From assembly GCA_036172245.1 (NCBI GenBank), contig JAYWIR010000063.1, forward strand, positions 372,001 to 436,000: a stretch of DNA of 64,000 bases. The letters are read 5' to 3'. This stretch comes from Raillietiella orientalis (taxonomy: Eukaryota). Shown here one piece after another: positions 1 through 14,057 of the stretch. The notes under the pieces were generated by a model that was not told where the DNA came from, ran no database searches, and saw only the letters and a list, made by a program, of their open reading frames with translations. The position numbers and the translations under genes were made by a program. Each line of letters starts with the position of its first letter. The stretch's first letter is position 1.

Positions 1-1972
1 CCCTCTCCTGGCGTCCTTTGGCACGCCCAGTCCGTCGAGGTAGATGATGGCCAAGTAGAACTTCGACAGCAGGAACGAGTCTGGACACGCTTTCAACCAA
101 TGGTGCGCCGCCGAGTAGTCGCCCTGTTTTCACACACGCATGCACAAAAAAATCAACAAACAAACAAATGATTTGTACAGTTCTGCGCAGATGTCTCCTT
201 CAAAGTTTCGTTTTCCTTCTTCCTTTTCTGGTATTGCTATCAGTCTCCTCGAGCAAATGTGCTCATGTGTAATTCGCGCATGAAGCACGTTTGGAGGGAC
301 GCGAGCACATACCTAGCAGCGGAATGCCAGCGACCTGGGGCTCCCCGTCTAAATCATTGCCTCGGAGGGGGGAGGGGGTCCCCTCGAAGGAGACCGGAGG
401 GGGGCGGGAGTGCCTTTGTCCCTGAAACCTGCTCCAAGAAGTTCGGTGAGGAGACCTCGTGAAAGAATACGTTTCCTCTTGCGCATTCCGTGTCACATCG
501 GCAAACAGCGCTCGCTGGCATCGTGGCAGGGAGACTGGACCTCGTCACGGGGAATCCGATTCCCATGTGCGTCAGCTCAGATCGAATCACTCGGAAGTGA
601 TCTGCGCGTGCCGAGAAACGTTCGGAGGACTGCTCGCACCGGACAGCGAATCGATTTCAGGCGGCCATCTCCAGGCATTCATTCCCATTCTCACCTAACG
701 ACGAGTGACGGCTTCATGGCGGTTGGAATCACGGAAAAGATACGTCACGGTACGCATTTACGATTTTCTATGCGTATGTGTGCGCGCGCGCGCGCACTTA
801 GTAACGATTCCTCCGGGAGCAGGATAAAAATTTCAGTTTCGTCCCCGCTTCCCGTCTTTCAGTCGTCTCTGTCTGTCTGAGGTGGCGGCGGCGCCGAGGG
901 CCGTTCTCGGACGAGAGCGACCGAGAAGGACGGAGGGGACGAAAGCAAGAGGAGATGGTTGCGCTCTCGAAGTGAACCAGAGCTGATGATGCTGCCAGGA
1001 GTCGGAAAGCCAAGCCTGCGTGCTTCTCGGCATTCAGGCAGCACCCCTGGGCCTCATCGGGCGGAACCTGAAGTCCGAAAATTCGGAATTGCCCAAATCT
1101 GCTTGCTCCGAGTGAGCGCCGGCTCGACGCATGTGGTTTCTGTGGTTAAAAACAAAAACAGCAACAACAAAAAAAGAAACTACCGACTTATTATTATGGC
1201 CCGCCGCACACAAATGCGAATGCACGCACGTGCGTGCGCGTGCGTACGTGAAGTGGTAAGAGCGGATGTTGAGAGCCAAAAGTGTCCTTCGCTCACCCCT
1301 CGCGGGACGTCACCTGAGAAGGCGTCGCTAGTGGCGACCGACGCTGGCGCCCCACGGCCAGCGTGGCTCGTGGGGCAACGTCACAGCGGTTGCTGAGACA
1401 GTTCCTGTTACGGTTTCGCAGCCTCGCAGCGATTTCCGGAAAAGTGGTTCAAATCGGGGTCCACCGTGCCCTTGGGCAGAATTTGCCTCAAGCTGACGAT
1501 TCACGTCTCATCTGAACGGCACCTGTGCAGATGCTCTGCTAATGAGACCCCGGTGTCCTCGGCAGCCGTAGTGAAATAATTTACGCATCTACGAAAAGAG
1601 GTGGGGCGGGCTTACCTCGTCGAAATGCAGTTTCCCCAGCAGGAATTTGCTGGTGGGATCATCGCTCAGTGTTGCATGCTGGTACAGCAACCGCTTCACT
1701 TCCTCTATGTTCCGTGGATCATCCGACCCGAAAGTGATGGCCAGATCGATCGCCTCTGTGGAATGGTCCCTTGGCTTCAGGTGCAGGGCCTTCGAGACTT
1801 TCCGGAACAGTTCTTTCTCGTCGAAGCTTTCAGTAACCGGGGCAGTTTGGTGAAAGGGAGCAAACTGCAGGGTTCTCACGTACAGATTTCTCTGAACGCA
1901 TACAGAGCATTCGCATGTGTGCTCTTGAGATGAATGAAGGGCTCCTGAGGGAGCGCCTCGCGGCATCAGCAT
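1..1972 (-). CDS. LRP2BP: SEL1-repeat protein, LRP2-binding protein-like; 5' part only, runs off the left edge
   Basis: Exon 1616-1864 (...EEVKRLLYQHATLSDDPTSKFLLGKLHFDE|gtaag) joins in phase 0 to exon <1-123 (aaaacag|GDYSAAHHWLKACPDSFLLSKFYLAIIYLDGLGVPKDARRG). This resembles LRP2BP 'AYFLRGQLYFEE|GWYEEALEQF...YQLGVMYYDGLG' as recalled from memory. The start is uncertain (ATG at 1972 assumed; possible 39-nt in-frame intron 1865-1903). Confidence 0.7.
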
Positions 1973-4900
1973 TTTTTCTTTCCTCTTCTCTTTTCCAGCT
2001 TTCGATTCGTGTCGATTTTCTTTCTTTCCGAAAATCCTCGCGCCCATCCCGCGGCGGCTGGAAACACACCGGTTGCCGGTAGCAACCGCGGAATTCTCAC
2101 GCGCGGGCTTCCATGTTGGAAAGTCGCCGAGCGGAAAGTGAAGAGCCCGCCGGGGAGCGGAAGATGCGCGCGAGACGTGCGATCCGATGCTCCCCGCCCG
2201 TGATGGAAACGGCGACAGATGCTGCACATCTGAGGAGCGAGCACTCTGCAAGCTGCGAGAGAGGAAAGCCGTGAGAAAAGAGGAATCGGTCCAGGGAGAT
2301 CTTTCCGGCTACAGCTCGCATCCGTTCCCACTCGGCAGGGAAGTCGAAGACGCGCCGAAGACGAAGACGCACGGGAGATCGTCGCGCTGATGTAAGGCCT
2401 TTCTGATGCTCTTCCCCTCCTGACCGGCACAGAGAAAGAGTTGCGTGGATCGAGTTTGCCTGGGTTTTCTCGATCGCATAATTGCCGTTTCGTCCCTTAG
2501 GGTGGAAACACAAAAAGTACATCACTGCGTGTCCGAGTGGAACGTGAAGTTTTTCATCCCGTGAAAATGTGGTCCGAAGCAGCAGCGTGCGATCTCTTAG
2601 GTGCCCCTGGTAATTGAGGAAGTAAAAAGGAAAGGGAAAAGAAGCGGTGCGCTTCACGAGGATGCAAAAAAAAAAAAAATAATGGCCTGAAAAGGAACAA
2701 ACGCACACACAAAAAAAGAAGAAAAACAGCAGGAATTCCGTTTTCGAGAAATTATCATTCAATATTTGCATCGAGTAGGGTACTCGAAGGCTCGTTCGAG
2801 AAAGGGAGGACGGTTAGACGTTGCTTTTCCCCGTTTTTTCCCCGAAGGGAGTGACCAGGCCTTCTGCCCCAAGCGTTTTTGTTTACTCAACCAACGTGAA
2901 AAGAGCACGAAGTCAGCTCTCGATGATGGGGGGGGGGGGGGGGATGCGGAAGTGACCAGCTTTGGGACACACGACTCGCAAGCGGTCTTTTGAGACCATT
3001 CCCAACCAGCGGAGGCACTGAGGAACGGGAAGGAAATTCCCAGACTGCAAACGGAGCAGCATGTCCGTCATCGAAAAGGAAGAAGGCCCGTCCGCGAATG
3101 TGGTGTCTGCCGATGCAGTGCACGCAGAAATGGAAACGGACGACGTCCGAAGACTCCATTTTTCGTTAGAAGGAAGGCACGGACAGGAAAGTAGAAGGAA
3201 GGAGGACGTAGCTCCTTGGTATTGGCCTGCAACATCTTCGCCCTTTGATAGAGTTTTGCCCCATCTGCACGGTCTCTGATACGCTGCCGCCACCCTGTAA
3301 TCAGCTGGGCGTTCCAGGGAGATCAAACTGCAAACCGAGAGGGAAAGGGCGAAAGCGAGCAGCAGCTGCACTCGAGCGGCTCGGTGGAAAGCCCGACGTG
3401 TTTGCGAACGCAAGCGATTCGACAGCCAGAGGCCGGAGGAGTCGTCGGGGCTGCTGAAGCATGGTTTTCCCTGCTTTTCGTTGAGGGCCGACTGGACGGA
3501 ACCACCAAGCGTGTGGCCTCTCTGCCCACAAAGGCCATGAGCAAGAATGGGGAACGGGAGAAAGTTTGCAGCAGGGGAGCCAACAACACGGAGAAAAATC
3601 CATTTTACCTCATAGGAATGATACCTTCTTATCTTCGCCGTGGCTCCACCCTGTCGCGGAGCAATCAGTCCAGGCACGAAAAGAGAGGCACCTGAAGTTG
3701 CGTGCAGCTTGCCAACACCGTCGAGTGAGTCCTCGCTGGCGTGCGGCTCAGGGGATGCTGCGTCTCGAAGCGACAGCAAGGATCGTTGCAGACGCGTGTT
3801 AACCCAAACGCCAGGGAGATGCAGTGACTCACTCTTGACCCCCCCCCCCCCTCCCCATTTTTGTCTCCCCGAGCATGCTGCTGGTGGCTGCGCTCGATGC
3901 CGTGCGACAGCCCACTCGCGTTCCGGTCAAGATGACTTTTGCTCGCGGGCGAGCCGGAAAGTCATTCGCCGCGGAACGAAGCCAATGAGACGTCGCCGGT
4001 GACCGGGCGAGCGAGTGCGGCCGCCGAATCGCCACGGGCGTGCGTGCGTTTCGCGCGCGGTCGTGTCCGGCGGCGCGCTGCCAAGCGCTTTCGCCGATGT
4101 CACTGTGACCGTGCTGCGATCGAGCCTGCCCTTCCGGAAAGGAAGGGCAGGCTGGAAGTTTCCCCCCCCTGCTGGAAGTTTCCCCCCTTCCCGTTCGAGA
4201 TGCGAAGGTTCGCACCCCGGCAGCGAGTCTTCCCGTTCGCTCCCCTTCGGCGCAACCCTTTGCCGTCGTTCTCGGCCGCCGTGGTGATCCAGGAGGCACC
4301 CATCCGCGTGCGCATGGGGAAACCCCCCGCTCCCATCCCGCAAAGGCGGTAACGGGGGCTTTGACGGCGGAATTGCCGAGCGGTCCGCTTCGCCAGGCTG
4401 CGGAAGTCACTTTGGCTGGAAGGGCGAAGATTTCGCAATCGATAACCGGTTCCCGTCTGCTCGCCTTAGCTCCAACAGGGAAAAGCAGCAGCATCCAGTT
4501 TCCACCGACTTGGGAACGAATGCGGTTCCCCCGCTCCCAAGGTATTTGTTCAAGGAGCTTCCCAGAACTGGAACCGTGCAAAAACAATGCGGCTGGCTGG
4601 GAGTGTAAGCAAACTAGAACAACAGAAAGCACACACACAGTGCATGTTGAAGGATTTGATTTTCGATGCTTGTGAGTTTGCATAGCTAATCTGGGAAAAA
4701 TAACAAACTCTACAGAAACAAGTACCCTACAGTTGGCTTTATGTACACCATAGCATGCTGAGGCATCTGGGAAACAATGTCAAATAACCAAGCTGTGTGT
4801 ATTTGTGGAAAGGCTTTTCAAGAATCTTTTCAAGTTTTCTTTCCCCATCTGTTTTTATGCTCTTATAAATTCCAAATGAAAGTCCTTGGAATCACTCTTT

Positions 4901-5575
4901 CACTTTCCTTCTTGCACATTCCTTTAGTACCTACCCTAGAATGCCACTTTCCTTACTTGGCCCATGGTGAATCCATCCACTTAAACAAGAACAGAGCTAC
5001 ATGCTCCTTCTACAACTGTTGTTAATTAAGACTGTCCTACCAAAAGCAGCCTGTGATCCACCGCAACACCAAACAAATCAGGGATCACACTGGGCAAAGC
5101 AGCCATCGCAAAAATCGCAAGTAAATAGGATAGGAATCATTACTTAATTTGTGTTTTCAAAACCAAAATAAAAAAACATACACACACACCAGAAGTGTTG
5201 CAGAATAAAAGGTGAATTCGTCTGATGTTAAAATGAAACATTTTATTTCGTACACAAACATATAAAAAAGTATAAAAAGAAGCTCATTTAGCAGAATTGA
5301 AAATTGATATTTTATGATTCATACAGTCAAGCAACAGACATTTTTAAACCGTATATATAAAAAGAATCTAAAAATATAATTATGCATAAAAAATTGAGCA
5401 TAACCAAATTGAAAATGGTTCACTTCAGGAAAGTCATCTGATGGCACAAGATTATTTTATGGCATGCCTGAATCAGCCTATGCTGATCTGAGATCCAAAG
5501 GTATCAAATAATACATTAGACTGCAATCTCTGGCACAGATCCCTACAACCAAAGCATAAGCATGGAGACTGAAAT

Positions 5576-6799
5576 TCACATAGTCACCTCTTCCATTGCA
5601 GCCAATTTGGTATTGGTGGCAGGTCCAGACTCATTCATTTCCTGAAAGGGCAAACTTGAACAAAATGCCAGAACGGTCTGCTCACCTGTTCTACGAGTGT
5701 TGAGCAGCATTCCTGTAAAGGAGAGGTGAGTTCACACGATGTTGTGTAGGACTTTTGTCCACAGGGTTCCGGTTTGTGTTCACCATTCAGAAGAACATGC
5801 AAATCTGCATGCGGTGGAGGAGGCAATGGCAGTTCTTCCTTGGCATCTGCTTCTTCTGCCATCTACAAAATGTCCATTTTGACTGCAACCACTTGAATTC
5901 CAACAAACCTCTCCATTCGTATGAGCAAAGTTCCTTTCAATTTCTTGCTGTGGTTCTGCTGGCAGTGGACTGTTACTTATATAGGCACTGATTTGAGAAC
6001 TTTCCTCAACATGGAGCTTGGTTGTCTCATTTATGAGTGAAACAATACACTCTTCGTGCACAGACTTGGAAACCTGTGTCACCGAAGTTGATGCAAACTG
6101 AGTGCATTCCACAATCTTGACTGGCTCTGGGTTATCCTTTTCCAAGTCCTCCTTAATCTCAGCTGCTGCTGCTACTGATTCAGCAGCATCAGCAATTAAC
6201 TGCAAGATTTCTGAACACTCTGCATTTGTCTGCACTTCCAATTTCTCCTCCTCCTCATTCTCATTTGCATGCACTTTCACATCATCAGCATCCTGTGCAT
6301 CTTGAGTTGGCACCACTTTTGTGTCAGGATCAGCCTTTTCCTCCTTGATCTCCTACACAAATGTTGGAACACATTAACTGACTTGCGACAACCAATTGGC
6401 TGACACGAGCACATGATTATAAACTTTATTTGATATGTTTATATTGATAACAATTACTTCAATTACCAATTCATTGTCTCCCTGAGCTTTTTCGGGTTTT
6501 TCATCTTTAACGACTTTCTCCTTCTTTTTTAAAAAGCTGAAACTTCGAAACGACGATTTTTTTTTCCTCTCTTTTATCTTTTCCTTTTCGTTGCATTTTT
6601 GCTCAATGTGGTCTTCTTCCACCACCGTGTAGGTACCACCGTCTGCAGGTATGGCCTCCTCTTCCACTTTAGTCTCTATGCTTTCAACCACATGATCCTC
6701 TTTCTTGTCTATTTCATTCAATGCATTTTCCTTAACAGGGCTCTGCTTCTTGGGAGTTTTCGTTATGTCAACAGATTTCTTGCTCGAGCGATTACCCAT
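5576..6799 (-). CDS. Akap200: A-kinase anchor protein 200-like (myristoylated, MARCKS-like basic domain, acidic), ~339 aa
   Basis: Exons 6799-6467 (or 6458), 6352-5909, 5862-5686 and 5641-5576; all introns GT-AG, phase 0. The N-terminus MGNRSSKKSVDITKTPKK and KKKSSFRSFSFLKKKEK match Drosophila Akap200 MGKAQSKRSIDITTDPKK and KKKWSFRSISFGKKDK (from memory). Also contains a candidate amphipathic helix CSEILQLIADAA and LPLPPPP. AATAAA on the - strand at 5242-5247. Confidence 0.8.
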
Positions 6800-9700
6800 G
6801 TTGCAAAGGGGAAACTAAGGAATCACACAAAGAGTGACAAATGAGAAACTTGAAGGCAACTCCACGTTTTCCTAGCAAAAAAAAAAAAAGTTCAAAGGAG
6901 TGCAAACTGCGGACGGTTTGAAATTCCCTGAAATTCGTGCACACACTCTACAAAATTCGAAACCGTCACCCCAAGGGGCTGATCACCTGGCTGCTGCTGC
7001 TGCTGCTGCTGATGGGGCAAATTCCCTAATGGGTTTGCCGGCACACGTCCGACACGCCTCTCAAGGAGCGGAAAGGGAAAAGTGAAGAAACAAGATCGAA
7101 AACCACTTACTTGGCAAAACAACAAGCAGACGCCGCGGCTTGACGGAGAACCTGGAAAAACAAAAAAGGAAGGGAATTCGAGAACAGGATTTTAGCACAT
7201 GCTTGTCACCACGGGCACTGGACGCGGGGAGGCAACGCACACTTTCCCGTGTGTGTGTGGGAACGAATGGCACCGAAAAACAAAAACAGACTACGCCCTG
7301 CTCGCGGCACCGGGAACAAACAGCAGGAGCAACCGCGGAAAACCCCTGGAACACTGGAGCCTCTGCAAACAACACTGGATCAGCAAGAATTAATGAACAC
7401 AGAAACAGCCATTTTCCCCCAATCTCTCGGAGATTCTTTTTCTTTCCACCCCCCCCCCCCTTCCTCCCCCCTTTTCCGCGTATTCAAAGTCTTTACCGGA
7501 AACCGACTGCCGAAAGCGTTAACAACACGCGGATGGGGAGCAAAGTATAAATAGGTAATTTCGTGATGGAAAACCGAGTATTTCGTCCTCAGCCTCGGAT
7601 TCCTTCCACAGTGTGCAAGTTGTTTGCTCCCCTACCGAAATCCTGGCACGAGAAATTCCATGTAACCATAATGGTGCAAAATCTGCCCTAAAAATTCCAA
7701 AACACATGGCTTGGCTGCATGAAATAAAAAGCATTTCCTCGAAATCGGCGGCACCTTCTTCCGAAGTTAAAATTTCACGTACAAACGAGTGTCTTTGTGT
7801 ATATTTAAACCCCACCCCTCCCTCCCAATTTACGACGCAGACTTTTTGTTTTTGTTTTCGGTTGTTGTTTTCCCCCGTTCGTCCAAACCAGCCGATCTGC
7901 TTACTCATTCTTCAAGTGTCCTTTCCTAACCGACTTTGCACCGTTTCTCAGGACGCGGTCGCGGAGGTCAGAAAACGAAAGGGCATCTGGAAAATACTGC
8001 CGACCCCCTAGGCAGCTCCCCTCTTCTTCCAACGACATCGCTGTTTTTCTTGGTAAACTCTTTGGTATGTTCGTGTCGCAACTATGGACACGGGTTCAAA
8101 GCTGTGTTTAGGAGATGAGGACGCGGCTGCAGAAACCCGTTCCACAGAGGAAAATCCATCTACGACGACACAGTAAGCCTTACTTTTGATTAAAACCATT
8201 AAGTATTGAAAAGCGCCCAAAGACATCCTCCATCGAACGGGGAAAGTCTGAATTCCACACTGTGGTGACAAGAAATGATTCCCTCCAAACGGAAGCGCGT
8301 GAACATCCAGAGTGGTTTTTGAAGCATGGAGACCCATTTCGGTCCACGAGCATGCAGGCGCCTTTGATCCACACAGAAGGTAAATGAGATGCCTGCTTAA
8401 TGCAAGTAAACGACCCCAGTGAATCAACATGGCCTTCCCTTCTATAATAACGTAAACTGCACTCTTGTTTGATGGCTTGTAATCTGTGGAGCATCCGACG
8501 AGCTCCTTCGTGAAATACGGAAAAGAATTTGATGGCACTCCAGCTAATAACCAAGGTTTTCCTTTCTCAAAATTGGAGAATCAGCAGAATTACAACAAGC
8601 AAGTAACCGCAAGTCACAGTGCATAGTTACACATAACCAACATGTCCTTTAATCTCCCTTTTGTGCAAAAGGAACTTTCCATCCATATGGTTCATAGTTT
8701 GGTTCCTGACTGTATGCACGGATGCAAATCCGTTCTTCATCTGCTTGGTTTCATTTTCCAACACCAAAGCAATGAAATTCATCATCTGACTCTTTCATCA
8801 TCACGGATATAAATTTCATCAGGACCTTGTACAAACCCGGAATTCATTTTTCATTTCGTAAACCAAAGAGTAAATAGGAATGTCCGTTTCACCCCACATT
8901 AGAAGAAAATGCCCAAGAAAACAAGGTGAGCGATTCAGCATCATTCAGAATGGTCTCTCCCTATTCTAAAGGAAACCGAAAATCGGGAGAACTTGATTGA
9001 ATTTTACATGTTCTTTCCATGCGACTGTCGAGATGCAGCTTACAAGTTCTATTCGTTCCGGAATCATTCGGGCAAGGTCATGGGGTGGAGTTAGGAGCTG
9101 GAATAGGTGCTTGCCATGCCGAGAGATGAAGAGAGAGGGAGAGGGAAAAAAGGCACGGCAATAGAATCCATTCGCAATTCTTACAAATCTACCGGTAATG
9201 ATTTTCTTGTCTGGGGAAGCCATCAGCAGAGAACAAATTAATGAAGTGACAGTTTCCTTGAAACCGACTGTTCTTTGTCTAACTCTGGAAATCAGTGAGC
9301 AGGCTTAATTCGCACTGTCTTTGCATCTGCTATAAGCAACTGTGCAGAGAACGAGCAGGGAGTAGAAATCTTACAAATCTAAAATTCTACAAATTGAACC
9401 ACGTTATGCATTTGCATTTGTAATGGGACACTAGAATTGGTGAGTGATGTCGTGAATACAAAATGCCTACATGTAAGACGTTCAGCACGATCTGAAATGT
9501 TTCATGATTCCTTTTTTTTGATATTTCATCGGCAAAAGAAGCCTGTGGACACTTTATCTCCGGAAGAGCAAAGAGAGGCGGAAAAAAGAACGAACGAGGT
9601 CATACATCCCTACGTTTCTTTGCCAGGGCAGTCATTAACACTGCATCTGAACTTACATTTTCTACCGAGAAATCATGAGCATGAGTTCTGAGAGTGGACT

Positions 9701-11828
9701 ACCTTAACGTGAGTTAGGGTGCGGCCCACTCTCCCATTAGCATCTGAAACTCCGCCAGGAGGTCTACAAGATTCTATCTGGAAGCTAGATAAAGTGTGTT
9801 CCAAGTATTAATGATTACAACAGTTTCAGTTGAATAAGGCTGCAGTGATTGGTGAACTGCGCCGGCAAAAACGTCACCTGGTGGCATTTTTCAATAAAGT
9901 ATATCCTGGAGTGGATCTGACATTTTCAGAAATGGAAATGTGATCTTTGTTTTCTGCACTTACAGCTTCTTTTCCAACCTAGCCTGAGATGCTAAGCAGC
10001 ATTGAGAATGAAGCTGTGTGATTGATTTCTCTGTAATCACATTCAGAGAGGCTGTAGAGCCGTTTTGATTACAAATGATACTTGGAAGCATTCATGCTCA
10101 CTAAAAGGAGCAGGAAAGATTGATTTGAAAATACATTGATGTTTGTGTTTTGTCTCCCGAAAAACTCGTTTGTTTTTCTAGTTTTTTTTTTTTTTTTCTT
10201 TCATTATGTTGATGCCGGTTACGCCGGTTTTCATGATGCCATCTGATAGAAGGAATGCTTTCGCAAGCTGCTGAATCTCTAAATTTCATTTGGACATATG
10301 AAAACATGGCACTTCAATGGAAGAAGCAAGTATTTCGGTTTCATATAGACTCCGCAAGCCAACATACGTTCTGAGCAAACACCTTCTAAGTGTGGTAATA
10401 CATTTAGTCGGAATGGCTATTTATATTATGGCTGATTTGTTTGAAGGATAACTACCAGTATTCTTCGACAAGGAGGCTAATGAAAGAAGCCATCATTCAT
10501 TCAAACACCCATACGTCTTCATTGGCTCACGTTGATGTGTTTCTCACAGATTATAAGTGTGCTTCTGTAAACGAACAAAGGAATAGTTTCCGTGAAGGCA
10601 CCATCCAAAATTCTTTCTTAATACGGGAACAGATCCCGCATGGGATTTCAGTGCTTACCAAGACATTTCGATGGTAACATTGATGAATCTGGCTTTTATG
10701 GGACGTTGGAAGAGCACAAATCTCATGATTTTTATGCTTGAGGATGTTGTTTCCCAGGAGTCCTGAACCACTGAATGATTCGTTTGCTGCATAATGGCGT
10801 TCATTTTGTCATTAATTCAGTCGTGAAACAAATCCGTCTGAGATACGGATAATCTTCATTGTGAAGATCACAGAATTTATGCGTGGACCGTTTCTTTTCG
10901 TTTCGAGGATTGAAACTCTGAGAAAACCATCCGAACCATCCAAATAATGCATCAATCGATTCTTAGTTCGTTTTTCTAAATAAGCCAAGTACTTCAGTGT
11001 TTAGTAAATCTAGCTCGACGCGGAACGTGGAATTTATGAATCTTTGGTGTTTGCTGAAAGCTTCCCGCTGTTTAAACAGCATTTTATTCCATACCAACTG
11101 AAAATTCCAAAGATGACCAAAACGGTTCTTGCAGCCTTGCATTCCAATTTACCGAAAGACGTGCCATTGCAGGGATCATGAAATTATTCCAACACACACA
11201 CAAATACATTCTCGAGTGCTGCTCGTCGAATGTTTGCATCGTGCCTTATCCTAATAATTTCTCAGAGAGGAAATTCCTCAAAGCTCAGCCATTTTCTGGA
11301 AAATGAACGGACGAGCGACGAATTGGGTGCTGCAGGCGACCCCGTGGCTTCCGTGCTTATTCCTTTAAATGTGTTTTGTCTGTTTATCTTTAAAAAAAAA
11401 AAAGAAAAAAAAATTCATCACGGATATTTCTTCAAAGAAAAGATAACTCAATGATTAAATTTCCTTGCGTGGAATGTTTTTTTATGTCTGACTTTGCAAT
11501 TTATCCATAAGTTCCATTAACCATGCTGCTCTTGGAAAGTGTGTAAAGCTGTGTGCGGTTAACGAAAAGCCCGGTAGCAATTTTATACAATGTTTTGTTT
11601 ATTTGACAGAATTACGAGAATTGCTTTGTTATACTGTCGTGCAATTTTGTGACAGTGATAGGTGATAATTCGGGAATGATGTATCAAGTGTAAACAGATC
11701 AGCCAGCCTTGAATAAAGAGACTGCAGAGTTTCTGTTGCACATCCAGTATTTAATTGCTTTAAGTAAATATTGCCAAATCAAAAGAGTGCACCCACGTAC
11801 ACTTTGGTTCTGTGGAATAATCGCAATA

Positions 11829-14057
<2,229 letters not shown>

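Noticed and set aside
4151..4188. 20-bp tandem GCTGGAAGTTTCCCCCC resembling NF-kB sites
   Set aside because: Imperfect kB consensus, and a simple slippage duplication explains it.
9430..10850. Possible C/D-box snoRNA cluster (TGAT.. and CTGA motifs)
   Set aside because: No clean RTGATGA box with terminal stems, and no rRNA-complementary guide that I could recognise.
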